Shown: one piece after another, positions 41,069 to 50,891 of the stretch
Numbering within the stretch: position 1 is the first letter of the stretch
Layout: every line of letters begins with the position of its first letter
Source of the DNA: Myxococcales bacterium
GTDB taxonomy: Bacteria; Myxococcota_A; Polyangia; Polyangiales; DASUME01
Assembly: GCA_047601445.1 (NCBI GenBank)
Contig: JASGJH010000001.1
Span: forward strand, 5,568,001-5,632,000
Direction: 5' to 3'
Length of the DNA: 64,000 nucleotides
The notes under the pieces: generated by a model
Told to the model about the DNA's origin: nothing
The model's database searches: none
The model's input: the letters and a program-made list of their open reading frames with translations, nothing else
Made by a program: the position numbers and the translations under genes

Positions 41069-42148
41069 TTACGGCTCCCGCAGGATGATGTGAAAGCCGA
41101 ACGGGGTCTCCACCACGTTGGAGATCTGGCCTGGGGCCATCGCAAACAGCACGTTCTCGAACTCCGGCACGAGCTCGCCGCGGGTGAAGCGCCCGAGCTC
41201 GCCTCCGTCCGGAGCGCTCGGGCAATCGCTCTTCTCCTTGGCCAACTGCGCGAGATCCGCGTGCTGCTCCACGATGCGCTTGTGAAGCTCCGTGGCCAAC
41301 GCGCGAGCCTCGTCCTTGCTACGGGTGACCTTGGCGTCCGCCCCCTGGGCCCCCGCGTACTGGATGAGGATGTGCCTCGCACGCGCCATCGGATAGGCCT
41401 CCTGGCTGGCCTGCTTGGCCTGTGCGTAGCCTTCGGGGGTCTCCTGCAGGGCGCGCTCGACCGCCGTCTCGAAGGCTTGATAGGGCTGCGCACCCGCCAG
41501 CAGGCGTCCATTCACGAACGTGGCCGGCGTACCGAAGCCTCCCGAGGCCGCCCCCGAGTCCACCAACCCCTGCAGCTCCAGCTGGATGCGCGGCGCGTGT
41601 CGATGGTCGCCCAACGCCGCGCGCACTTGCTCCGGGTTCACGCCCTCGATGCCCTTCGCCTGTGCCACAAGGCCCTCGACGTCGAGGTTGCCCTGATGCT
41701 CGAACAGCGAGTCGTGATAGGCCCAAAACGCCTTGTCCCCACCCTGGCTGTAGACCTCGAAGGCCGCCTCGGCCGCGGGCAGCGCGTGCTCGTGAAAGGG
41801 CAGCGGGCAGTTTCGCCACACGATCTGCACGAGCTCTCCGTAGTTCTCGGCGAGCTCGTGGATGGTGGGCACCACGCGCGCGCAGAAGGGACACTGGAAG
41901 TCCGAGCACACCTCCACTCTGACCTTGGCGCTGGCGCTCCCGAGCATCGGCTGTTTGGGCAGCGGCTGGAGCTCGAAGACGCGCTCGACGGAGTTCTGCA
42001 GCTCGCGCTGAGCGGCTAGTTCGAGTTGGCTCACTCCGGGCGCGGCATCTGACGCGGGAGCATCGTTCGCGGCCTTGGGCGCGGGTTTCGGTTGAGTCGA
42101 CACGCAGGCGGCGAACAAGAGTGCGGCGGAGAGGAGAAGAGCCTTCAT
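41069..42148 (-). CDS. DsbA-like thioredoxin fused to parvulin PPIase, lipoprotein
   Basis: FAAC lipobox; SDFQCPFC, PLPFH, GTPATFVNG; then ARHILI...SDCPS...GGELG.F.RG...FE...F...ETPFGFHII. Confidence 0.92.
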   Translation of the reverse strand: MKALLLSAALLFAACVSTQPKPAPKAANDAPASDAAPGVSQLELAAQRELQNSVERVFELQPLPKQPMLGSASAKVRVEVCSDFQCPFCARVVPTIHELAENYGELVQIVWRNCPLPFHEHALPAAEAAFEVYSQGGDKAFWAYHDSLFEHQGNLDVEGLVAQAKGIEGVNPEQVRAALGDHRHAPRIQLELQGLVDSGAASGGFGTPATFVNGRLLAGAQPYQAFETAVERALQETPEGYAQAKQASQEAYPMARARHILIQYAGAQGADAKVTRSKDEARALATELHKRIVEQHADLAQLAKEKSDCPSAPDGGELGRFTRGELVPEFENVLFAMAPGQISNVVETPFGFHIILREP

Positions 42149-42274
42149 ATCCCTCCAGAGTAGCAGGCCCGAACGAGCGCACGACGCGGGCGTTTCTGCG
42201 ACCTTTTAGGCCATCCCCGCGTGGGGACCTCGAACTTGAGAAACCCGGGCTGCACTGGTAGACCTCGGGCCTCC

Positions 42275-44968
42275 ATGCTGCGCACGCTTTTCCCAGTGCT
42301 CGTGCTCGCGCTGGTGGCCTTTGGGTCCTCCATGCGGGAAGTCGCTCTGGCACAGGGCCCCGCCCCCGCTGCTCCGACGGCTCCTTCCGATGGAACGTCC
42401 CCTGCGCCGATCGAGCGCACGCCCGAGAGCGACGAGGTGGACCCGAACGCGCTGGTGGAGCCCAAGCTCCTGGCCTTCGTGGAAGCCGGCTACCCCGAGC
42501 AAGCGCGGGCGCAGCGTCTCGAGGCCAAGGTGCTGCTGGTGATCACCATCGGCAGCGACGGCTTCGTGGAAGACGTACAACTCGCGGGCGAGCCCATCGG
42601 TTACGGCTTCGACGAGCTGGCGGTCAGCGCAGCGCGCCGGTTCGTGTTCGAGCCAGCCAAGCGTGGCCAGGAGCCCATGCGCGCGCGGGTACGCTACCTG
42701 TACGAGTTCCGTTACCCGGGAGACGCGCCCGGCGAACCTGCGGCCGAGCAGGCCGCGCCGAGTGGGCGTCTCGAGCTCACGCTGTTGAGCGCCGTCGATG
42801 GCGCACCGCTCTTGGGCGCCGAGGTCCACATCACTGCACGCGCCGACCCGAGCCGTGTGGTGCACTCCTTCAGCGATGCGCAGGGCAAGCTGGTGGCGGA
42901 CAAGCTGATCACCGGCGCCTACGAGATCAGCGTGAGCGCCCAGGGCATGGCCCCGGAGCTCGCGCAGGAAGAAGTGATCGCGGGCGAGGTCACGCAACTC
43001 GTGTACCGGCTGAGCCCCGAGAGCCAGGAAGATCAGGGCTACGGAGCCACCGCGCGCATCCAGGCCCCGCCGCGCGAGGTGACGCGCCGGACCATCGAGC
43101 GCGAGGAGCTCACGCGGGTGGCGGGCACCAAGGGCGACGCACTGCGCACCATCGAGCTCTTGCCGGGTGTGTCCCGTCCGCCCTTCGGCGCTGGTCTGGT
43201 GCTGATCCGCGGTTCGGCGCCGCAGGACTCACAGGTGCTGCTCAACGGCGTGCCGGTGCCTCTGCTCTACCACTTCGGCGGCCTGACCAGCTTCATCAAC
43301 TCGCGTGCGCTGCAGCGCATCGACTTCTACCCGGGCAACTTCTCCGCGCGCTACGGCCGCCAGATCGGCGGCATCATCGACGTGGGTATGCGCGACCCGG
43401 CCACCGACAAGATCCACGGCGTGCTCGACATGAACGTGCCGCTCGACTCGTCGCTGCTGGTCGAGGGTCCGATCACCAAGAAGCTGTCGTTCTTGGCCGC
43501 GGGTCGCCGCAGCTACTTCGGCGAAGTCATGAAGGCGACCATCCCTCCCGGGACCCTCAATCAGTTCGCCGCGCCGGTCTACAAGGACTACCAGCTGTTC
43601 CTGAACTACCGCCCCACCTCGCGCGACAAGATCCGGCTCTCCGGCTACGGCTCGAGCGATCGGCTCGAGGTGCTCTTCAAGGACGTGCCGGACGACGACC
43701 CCAGCATCACCGGCCTCGAGCTCGGCTTGAACTTCCACCGCCAGCAACTCGGCTGGGAGCACCGCTACTCGCCCAAGCTCGATCACACCATCGAGGCCAG
43801 CTACGGGCGCATCAATCAGGAGTTCCAGGTCGGCGAGAACATCAACTTCGACCTGAAGAACGACAACGTATATCTGCGCGCGGAGTGGCGCTACAACCTG
43901 AGCGAGCGCGTCCAGCTCACGAGCGGCACGGACACCTGGGTCGATATCTTCGAGGTCAACTACCGCGGACCACCACCCCAGGGCAACAACTCCGGCAGCG
44001 ACTGCATGAGCTGCAAACAGGATGTCGCCGTCCTCGAGACCGGCACGCGCGCCATGCCCGGCATCTACTCGGAGATCGCCCTGCGGCCCACCGACAAGTG
44101 GCGGCTGATCCCGAGCATGCGCATCGACTACTTCAGCGACATCAACTGGTTTGCGTTCGATCCGCGCTTCGCAGGCTTCTACCAGGCGACCAAGAAGCTG
44201 CGCATCAAGGCCGGCGCGGGCGTGTTCTCGCAGCCGCCAGCGCCGCCCGAACAAACCAAGTCGCTCGGCAATCCGAACCTGACGCCCACCAAGTCCATGC
44301 ACTACAGCGCGGGCGTCGACTACCAGTTCACCGATGATCTGTCCCTCGGCATCGAGGGCTTCTACAAGAGCATCACCAACCGCGTGGTGGTCGGAGACGA
44401 TCAGGCAGCGGCCGAACAAGGGCGAACGGCGCTTCCCTACGTCAACAACGGCATCGGTCGCATCTACGGGCTCGAGGTCGCCGGCCGCAAGCAGATCAAG
44501 GGACGCTGGTTCGGCTTCCTCTCCTACACGCTGATGCGCAGCCAGCGCAAAGACGCCAATGGCCCCTGGTATCTGTACGACTTCGACCAGACGCACATCT
44601 TCGCCGCGGCGGCCACGGTGATCCTCGGCCGCGGCTGGGAAGCGGGCGGCGTCATGCGCTTCGTGAGCGGCAACCCCGAGACGCCGATCATCGGCGCCTA
44701 CCAAAACAGCGTCGGCGGCCCCGCCAACTACCAGAGCGTGTACGGCAAGCTCAACTCGGCACGCGCGCCCTCCTTCAACCGTCTCGATCTGCGCGTCCAG
44801 AAGACCTGGAGCTTCGACCAGTGGAAGCTCGCGCTCTACCTGGACGTCCAGAACAGTTACAACCGCAAGAACGTGGAAACCGTGAGCTACGGCTACGACT
44901 ACCGACAGCGTGCCAACGTGAACGGCCTGCCGATCATCCCGATCATCGGCCTGCGAGGTGAACTGTGA
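42275..44968 (+). CDS. TonB-dependent receptor with N-terminal TonB_C-like domain (paralog of 16111-18816)
   Basis: YPEQARAQRLEAKV...FDELAVSAARRFVFEPA; AGTKGDALRTIELLPGV; YPGNFSARYGR; YDFDQTH; LDVQNSYN. Confidence 0.92.
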   Translation: MLRTLFPVLVLALVAFGSSMREVALAQGPAPAAPTAPSDGTSPAPIERTPESDEVDPNALVEPKLLAFVEAGYPEQARAQRLEAKVLLVITIGSDGFVEDVQLAGEPIGYGFDELAVSAARRFVFEPAKRGQEPMRARVRYLYEFRYPGDAPGEPAAEQAAPSGRLELTLLSAVDGAPLLGAEVHITARADPSRVVHSFSDAQGKLVADKLITGAYEISVSAQGMAPELAQEEVIAGEVTQLVYRLSPESQEDQGYGATARIQAPPREVTRRTIEREELTRVAGTKGDALRTIELLPGVSRPPFGAGLVLIRGSAPQDSQVLLNGVPVPLLYHFGGLTSFINSRALQRIDFYPGNFSARYGRQIGGIIDVGMRDPATDKIHGVLDMNVPLDSSLLVEGPITKKLSFLAAGRRSYFGEVMKATIPPGTLNQFAAPVYKDYQLFLNYRPTSRDKIRLSGYGSSDRLEVLFKDVPDDDPSITGLELGLNFHRQQLGWEHRYSPKLDHTIEASYGRINQEFQVGENINFDLKNDNVYLRAEWRYNLSERVQLTSGTDTWVDIFEVNYRGPPPQGNNSGSDCMSCKQDVAVLETGTRAMPGIYSEIALRPTDKWRLIPSMRIDYFSDINWFAFDPRFAGFYQATKKLRIKAGAGVFSQPPAPPEQTKSLGNPNLTPTKSMHYSAGVDYQFTDDLSLGIEGFYKSITNRVVVGDDQAAAEQGRTALPYVNNGIGRIYGLEVAGRKQIKGRWFGFLSYTLMRSQRKDANGPWYLYDFDQTHIFAAAATVILGRGWEAGGVMRFVSGNPETPIIGAYQNSVGGPANYQSVYGKLNSARAPSFNRLDLRVQKTWSFDQWKLALYLDVQNSYNRKNVETVSYGYDYRQRANVNGLPIIPIIGLRGEL

Positions 44969-46407
44969 GAGCCCGGCACCTCGCGCGCATTCTGCCTCTC
45001 TCGCTGCTGCTGACCGGCTGCGGGGCCGACCTCACGCAACCGTGGGAAGTCGTGGGGCCCCACGCGTACGGGTCGCGCATCGAAGTGACGAACGAGCCGT
45101 CGCGCTCCATGCCGCGTCTCGGAGAGTCCTTCGTGCTGCACGAGTACGTGGCAGGCGCCGACGAACTCACGGTGCCCCTGGCCGAGCGCTACGACATGAA
45201 GCTCACCATCTGCGTGGGGTTCGTGGCGCCCAATGGCACCACCGTATGCGTGCCCCTGGACAAGGGCATCGTCGACGCGCTCGAGTCCGGCATCACGGCC
45301 ACGGTCGTCAACACCAACGAGATCGTCACGAGCCCGATCACGCTGCCCTCGAAGGAACAGATCCTGCCGTTCGTCGACGAGCAGCTGCTGGCGCTGTTCG
45401 ATCAGATCAACCAGGTCGCGCTCATCGGAGCGGTCTGCGTACAGGGCGCGGTGGAGCGCGTGGACGGCACGTCTGCCGACAAGAACCCGCCGACCGAACT
45501 GTTCCGCTGCGAGAGCCAAGTGGGATCCATCTACAAGGATCCGCTGGTCTTCCTCACCACGGTGTTCCTGGACCTCGAGAAGGACACGCCCAATCACAAT
45601 CCGTCGTTCGAGTGCGACAAGGACCCGGCGGCGCAGACCAACGCCTGCAACGCTGGCGTGGTGCACGAGCTCGAGGAGCCTGGTGACGCTGGAGCCCGCC
45701 CCCAGTCTGCGGACGAACCCGACATCAGCGAACCTGGCGGGAATGAACCCGACGCCGACGCCGGAGCCCTCGAGGACGCCGCGGCGCCAGAAGCGCCCGA
45801 GGATGCAGCGGTCCCAGGAGCCCTCCCAGACGCGGGCACCGGGGGTGCTTCCCAAGACGCCGTGCCCGGGGCGATCGTCCTGGTGAGTCCAGCGAATAAG
45901 CGCGACGCCAAGGCGCCCCGTACGGTCCAGCCCTGGTATCCGGTGTTCTCGCCTACCAAGACCGACCTGCCCTGGACAGGTTGCGATGACGACCCCGGCT
46001 TGCCGATGGTGAAGGTTGGCAGCGGTGAGTGGCTGGTACGCGTACGCGTGGATGCCTCGGACCGTGAGGTCTACTCGTACCAAGCGGAGGAGTACGGCAA
46101 GCCGGTCATGCACGAGACCCGTGAAGAGCCCTTCGTGACCGTCGGGCTGACGGAACACGGCGGGGAAATCGACCACTTCACCTCCGTGGTCAGCAGAGAT
46201 CTCGACGACGCCAAGGCCGAGATCGAGGCGGCCTACACGGCGCCCAAGAAGAACCCCAGCGGTGCGGGTAACGTGCCGACCAACGGACGCCTGGTGCGCT
46301 TCTACTTCACCCTCAACGACAGACGCGGCGGCTACGCGTTCGCCACGCGTGACTTGTGCCTGGTCCCCAAGGACCACGTGAGCCCCGCCAGCCTGGAGCA
46401 CCCCTAG
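44965..46407 (+). CDS. Lipoprotein, partner of upstream TonB-dependent receptor
   Basis: LTGC lipobox; GTGA overlap with receptor; acidic DAG linker; C-terminal FYFTLNDRRGG. Confidence 0.85.
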   Translation: MRARHLARILPLSLLLTGCGADLTQPWEVVGPHAYGSRIEVTNEPSRSMPRLGESFVLHEYVAGADELTVPLAERYDMKLTICVGFVAPNGTTVCVPLDKGIVDALESGITATVVNTNEIVTSPITLPSKEQILPFVDEQLLALFDQINQVALIGAVCVQGAVERVDGTSADKNPPTELFRCESQVGSIYKDPLVFLTTVFLDLEKDTPNHNPSFECDKDPAAQTNACNAGVVHELEEPGDAGARPQSADEPDISEPGGNEPDADAGALEDAAAPEAPEDAAVPGALPDAGTGGASQDAVPGAIVLVSPANKRDAKAPRTVQPWYPVFSPTKTDLPWTGCDDDPGLPMVKVGSGEWLVRVRVDASDREVYSYQAEEYGKPVMHETREEPFVTVGLTEHGGEIDHFTSVVSRDLDDAKAEIEAAYTAPKKNPSGAGNVPTNGRLVRFYFTLNDRRGGYAFATRDLCLVPKDHVSPASLEHP

Positions 46408-46519
46408 GTCAGGCTCGGCGGTGCACTGGTCGCCCGCTGGCCGCAAGGCCCGCGGCAACCCCATCGAGGCCAGGCCCGACCAAGACGCCCCCAGGGTCCC
46501 CTTTCGGGAGCCGGCTCGA

Positions 46520-46548
46520 TTGACACCCCGAAGCCACCTCCCTACGCT
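46520..46548 (+). promoter_or_regulatory. Sigma70-type promoter of the kinase-LysM operon
   Basis: TTGACA-N17-TACGCT, ending 10 nt before ATG 46559. Confidence 0.7.
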
Positions 46549-46558
46549 TTGGCCGCGC

Positions 46559-47887
46559 ATGTTCGACCGCATCGGAAACTGCGAGATCCTCGAAGAAATC
46601 GGCAGCGGCGGCATGGCGACCGTGTTCAAGGCCGTGCAGCAGCCCCTGGGACGCACCGTAGCCATCAAGGCGCTCAAGCCCTCCATCGCGGTAGACAGCC
46701 AGTTCGCCAAGCGCTTCGAGCGTGAAGCCCACTTCATGGCGTCCCTGCAGCACGAGAACATCCTGCACGTGCATGACTTCCTCAAGCAGGAAGGCTCCAT
46801 GTTCATCGTGATGGAGTACGTGCAGGGCATCGACCTGTTCGACCTGCTCGAGCGCAGGGCGCAGCTGCCCGTGGACGTGGCGGCCATCATCGCGTTGCAG
46901 GTGGCCCGCGCGCTCGACTACGCCCACTTCCGCGGCATCGTGCACCGCGACGTCAAGCCCGCCAACATCATGATCTCGCGCCAGGGCGAGGTGAAGCTGA
47001 TGGACTTCGGCATCGCGCGCGACGACTCGATGCGCGACCTCACCGAGACGGGCACCGGACTCGGCACCCCGAGCTACATGAGCCCGGAGCAGATCCTGGG
47101 CGACAAGCTCGACTTCCGCAGCGACCTCTTCTCGCTCGGCATCGTGCTGTACCAGATGGTCACGGGGCAGAAGCCCTTCGTCGAGGACGACTCGCACACC
47201 GTGATGCAGAAGATCCGCCTCGACCGCTACACGCCGCCGCGCAAGCTCAACCCGCTGGTGCCGCGCGCGCTCGAGCACATCATGGCGCGGTGCATGGAGA
47301 AGATGCCCGCCAACCGCTACGGCAGCACGCAGGCCATGATCGACGACTTGGTGGAGTTCCTGGCGACGGTGGTGCCCATCAACCACAACGCGCGCCTGGT
47401 GATGTTCCTGCGCGAAGCCGCGGTGATCACCGACGCCGAAGCCGATGAGATCCTCGAGGCAGCAGGCTCACGCGCGGCGCGGCAACGCGGCACCGACCGC
47501 ACGCTGGTGCGCCACGTGGGCCTGGCCATGGGCGCGCTCACGTTCTGCATCGGACTCAGCGGCGCAGCGATTCAAAAGGTGGCGGGCAGCTTCCAGGAGC
47601 GCCAGGCCACGCGCGTGATCGGTGAGGTCCTCACCCCCGAGCAAGCCGGCTTTTTGCAGGTCGTGGTCGATCCCTGGGCCGAGGTGCACGTGGACGGCAA
47701 GTTGCTGGCGGTCACGCCCATCGCCGAGCCCATCATGCTGGCGCCAGGCAGCCACTACGTGAAGCTGCAGAACCCGCACTTTGCGCCGTACGGGCGGGAG
47801 GTCGTGATCGAGCGCGGCGAGAGCGTGCGCGTGGAGGCCAAGCTCGCAGACAAGCCCAAGGGGTCGTCGGCCGGAGCCCAACCGTGA
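46559..47887 (+). CDS. Hanks-type Ser/Thr protein kinase with TM segment and PEGA-like domain
   Basis: IGSGGMATV, VAIK, HRDVKPANI, DFGIA, GTPSYMSPEQ, SDLFSLG; C-terminal PWAEVHVDG...TP...LAPGSH. Confidence 0.95.
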   Translation: MFDRIGNCEILEEIGSGGMATVFKAVQQPLGRTVAIKALKPSIAVDSQFAKRFEREAHFMASLQHENILHVHDFLKQEGSMFIVMEYVQGIDLFDLLERRAQLPVDVAAIIALQVARALDYAHFRGIVHRDVKPANIMISRQGEVKLMDFGIARDDSMRDLTETGTGLGTPSYMSPEQILGDKLDFRSDLFSLGIVLYQMVTGQKPFVEDDSHTVMQKIRLDRYTPPRKLNPLVPRALEHIMARCMEKMPANRYGSTQAMIDDLVEFLATVVPINHNARLVMFLREAAVITDAEADEILEAAGSRAARQRGTDRTLVRHVGLAMGALTFCIGLSGAAIQKVAGSFQERQATRVIGEVLTPEQAGFLQVVVDPWAEVHVDGKLLAVTPIAEPIMLAPGSHYVKLQNPHFAPYGREVVIERGESVRVEAKLADKPKGSSAGAQP

Positions 47888-48807
47888 GAGCTGTCGCGCA
47901 GTTCCTCTTGGCTGCTTGCCTTGCGTGTCTCCCGGCAGGACTCGCGACCGCCCAGGACCTCGCCTACGTGCACGTAGTGAGGAACGGCGAGACGCTGGCC
48001 TCCATCGCGCAGAGCTACTACGGCGATCCCAAGCGCGAAAACGTGCTGGTGGCGGAGAACGGCCTGTTGGCCCAGGGCGGCGCGGCCATCGTCGAGGGCC
48101 TGCGCCTGATCATCCCCACCGTCAGCTATCACCGCGTGCAGGCCGGCGACACCTGGAAAGACCTGGCCCAGCGCTACTACGGCGATCCATCGCGCGCCGT
48201 GGCGCTGTTGCGCGCCAACCAGGCCAAGCCCGGCAGCACCCCCGACGAGGGCGCCCAGCTGTTGATCCCCTACCCGGTGCGCCACATCATCGAGCAGGGG
48301 GAGTCGCTGCTGGTGGTGGCGGAGCAGTACTACAAAGACCGCAACGATCTGCGCATCCTCAAGGCCTTCAACGCCAGCAAGGCGCCGCTCAAGCGCGGCC
48401 ACGTCATCCTGGTCCCGTTGTTCGACCTCGTGCTCTCCGAGGAAGGGCGGGCCCGCCTCTCTGCGAGTGGACAAAAAATCGAAGGCGGCGAGACTCGCGC
48501 GGCGCAGTCCAAGGTCGACGAGCAACTTCCGCTGCTCCACGAGCACGTCGTGAAGGGCCGCTTCGTGGAAGCGGTCGCGCTCGGTAACCAGCTGCTCGGC
48601 TCCGGCCAGCTCACCGGTCATCAGGAGATCAGCATCCAGCGCGAACTCGCCACCGCCTACGTGGCGCTCGGACGCAACGACCTGGCCGTGGTGGCATTCG
48701 GCAAGGCCCTGCAAAAGCAGCCCGACCTGGAGCTCGATTCCGCGCGCACCTCACCGCGCGTGCTCAAGGCGCTCGAAGACGCCAAGAGTGCGCGCCAGGC
48801 GCACTAA
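47884..48807 (+). CDS. Secreted protein with three LysM domains and a C-terminal TPR-like region
   Basis: HVVRNGETLASIAQSYYG, HRVQAGDTWKDLAQRYYG, HIIEQGESLLVVAEQYY; LATAYVALG...A...F.KAL...P. Confidence 0.9.
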   Translation: MRAVAQFLLAACLACLPAGLATAQDLAYVHVVRNGETLASIAQSYYGDPKRENVLVAENGLLAQGGAAIVEGLRLIIPTVSYHRVQAGDTWKDLAQRYYGDPSRAVALLRANQAKPGSTPDEGAQLLIPYPVRHIIEQGESLLVVAEQYYKDRNDLRILKAFNASKAPLKRGHVILVPLFDLVLSEEGRARLSASGQKIEGGETRAAQSKVDEQLPLLHEHVVKGRFVEAVALGNQLLGSGQLTGHQEISIQRELATAYVALGRNDLAVVAFGKALQKQPDLELDSARTSPRVLKALEDAKSARQAH

Positions 48808-48855
48808 CTAGTCTTGTTTCCGCGCAATATTGAGCAAGCTAACAAGTGAGGCGAC

Positions 48856-48882
48856 CTGGCACTCGTACGCCATGAGTGCCAA
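48856..48882. promoter_or_regulatory. CIRCE element (HrcA operator)
   Basis: CTGGCACTC-GTACGCCAT-GAGTGCCAA matches TTAGCACTC-N9-GAGTGCTAA with the exact 9-nt spacer. Confidence 0.85.
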
Positions 48883-48932
48883 CAAAAGCAGGCCCGGCTC
48901 TCCCACTCGTTCCGTGTGTCGTGGTACCGAGA

Positions 48933-49538
48933 ATGATGGACTCGCGCGACTCGCATCCGCCGCGCATCGAGTGTCACCACGATTTGCGCGCCTTTTTTCA
49001 CGAGACCCTCACGCGTGCTCTGGCCACGCGTGGCGTGGAAGCGCCCCCACCGACCGAGCACTATTTGGTGGGACTGCTCGCGCTGCTGGGTCACAACACC
49101 GCCCCGCTCTCACGCTCCCTGGTGGAGCTAGAGCTCGACGCGGGCCAGCACGAAGATGTGAGCCGCCTCGAACGGCTGCGCAGTCTGGGCGACCAGGCGC
49201 TGTCCGTGATGGGCTTGTTCGATGCGCACCTCGAGCGCCATGGCATCTCACGCTCCTACGTGGCCGATGTGGGTGCACGTGCCTATCGCCACGCGGGTCA
49301 GCTTGCAGGGCTACGCCGACGGGCGCAGGCCGAGGTGTTCCTGGACCTCGGAACACGCTTCTCCACCTACGCCCAGGTGCTCGAACAGGTGCGCGAGACG
49401 ACCGCCCTCGGCACCCCCGACGACGTGCTCTCGCTCTACGAACGCTATCAGCGCAGCCATTCGCCGGCTCTGATGGAGCGCCTGGTCGCCCACGGCGTCT
49501 TTGCGGTGGGTGACGCCAGCGACGACGAGCTGTCCTGA
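48933..49538 (+). CDS. Hypothetical alpha-helical protein
   Basis: FF...L..A......EHYLV.LL, RLRSLGDQAL...GLF, YVADVGARAY, LYERY...S; host-like codon usage. Start 48933/48936 preferred because 48876 lies inside CIRCE. Confidence 0.8.
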   Translation: MMDSRDSHPPRIECHHDLRAFFHETLTRALATRGVEAPPPTEHYLVGLLALLGHNTAPLSRSLVELELDAGQHEDVSRLERLRSLGDQALSVMGLFDAHLERHGISRSYVADVGARAYRHAGQLAGLRRRAQAEVFLDLGTRFSTYAQVLEQVRETTALGTPDDVLSLYERYQRSHSPALMERLVAHGVFAVGDASDDELS

Positions 49539-49700
49539 CCGGTCTCCTAGCGGCACGCGTACGACCCAGCGGAGAGGGCGAGCACCCGGGAAACGGCCTC
49601 GTGTAACGTGGCGGTCACCGAGACCCCATACGGGGACGTCTAGCTCGACCGTGACCCGTGTTGCGGAGGGGCGGGGGGTACGCTAGTTGCGTGGGGCCCA

Positions 49701-50699
49701 ATGACCTGGTTTTGGACTGGCTTCATCGTCCTCGTGTTGTGCCTGCTCGCCCTCGACCTGGGCGTGCTCAATAAGCGAGCCCACCAGCCTTCCATCAAGG
49801 AAGCGCTCGGCTGGACGGCAGGCTGGATCACGCTCGGAGTGCTGTTCTCGGGCGTCGTCTACTACATCTACGAGCACAAGCTCTACAGCCAGATCGAGGG
49901 CTCCGGCACCATCCCCTACGGCGGTGCCGACGCCATGCTCACCTACCTCACGGGCTTCGTGCTCGAGGAGTCCCTGAGCATCGACAACCTGTTCGTGATG
50001 GTGCTGATCTTCCGAAGCTACAAGATCCCCGGCACCTACCAGCATCGCGTGCTGTTCTGGGGCATCCTCGGCGCCATCGTGATGCGCGCCATCATGATCC
50101 TGGGCGGCGTCTGGCTGGTCACCCACTTCCACTGGGTCATGTACCTGTTCGGCATGTACCTGGTGGTGCAGGGTCTCCTGCAGTTCAAGCCTGAAAAAGA
50201 GGACGAGGACGACGACGAGTCGCCTGCCAAGACCTGGCTGGAGAAGCTCATCGGCCGCGTGCTGCCCGTGACCCGTGAGTCCAACCCGGAGGGTCACTTC
50301 GTGATGCGCCTCGGGCCGGAGAACAAGCTGCACGCGACCCAGCTCCTGGTGGCCCTGATCAGCGTCGAGGCCGCCGACGTGGTGTTCGCGCTCGACTCGG
50401 TGCCCGCGGTGCTCACGGTCTCCACCGACCCCTTCATCGTGTTCACTTCGAACGTGTTCGCGATCCTCGGGCTACGCAGCCTCTACTTCGTCATCGCCGG
50501 CATGATGGATCGCTTCGGACACCTGAAGTACGCCCTGGCCGCCATCCTCATCTTCGTGGGCGCCAAGATGTGCCTCCACAAGATCGTGCACATCCCGATC
50601 TCGCTCTCCCTGGTCTTCATCGTGAGCGCGGTGATCGCGGGGGTGCTCACGTCGATGTACGCGTCGCGCGGCGCCGCGCACAAAGACAGCGAAGCCTGA
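49701..50699 (+). CDS. terC: TerC/Alx family membrane protein
   Basis: LALDLG, EESLSIDNLFV, QHRVLFWGILGAIVMR, DVVFALDSVPA, TSNVFAILGLRSLYF. Confidence 0.95.
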   Translation: MTWFWTGFIVLVLCLLALDLGVLNKRAHQPSIKEALGWTAGWITLGVLFSGVVYYIYEHKLYSQIEGSGTIPYGGADAMLTYLTGFVLEESLSIDNLFVMVLIFRSYKIPGTYQHRVLFWGILGAIVMRAIMILGGVWLVTHFHWVMYLFGMYLVVQGLLQFKPEKEDEDDDESPAKTWLEKLIGRVLPVTRESNPEGHFVMRLGPENKLHATQLLVALISVEAADVVFALDSVPAVLTVSTDPFIVFTSNVFAILGLRSLYFVIAGMMDRFGHLKYALAAILIFVGAKMCLHKIVHIPISLSLVFIVSAVIAGVLTSMYASRGAAHKDSEA

Positions 50700-50891
50700 A
50701 CGAAATCCCAGTAATTTCCGGGCTGGTCCCCGCTCGGGTCGGCGGCTGGGCCGTCTGAACGGCCGGCACGGGCACGTTTACGGGCACTTGGGCGGGTCCG
50801 GCGACTTGACGGATCAGGCGTGAGAGGCCACAAAAGGGCCCTCGTTTTGGCCGTCCCCCCGGGGCGCGCCCTGCGGTGTTGGAGAGCAACC

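Noticed and set aside
49539..49700. yybP-ykoY manganese riboswitch upstream of terC
   Set aside because: Expected from context, but I could not find the conserved core by eye; an Infernal search would settle it.
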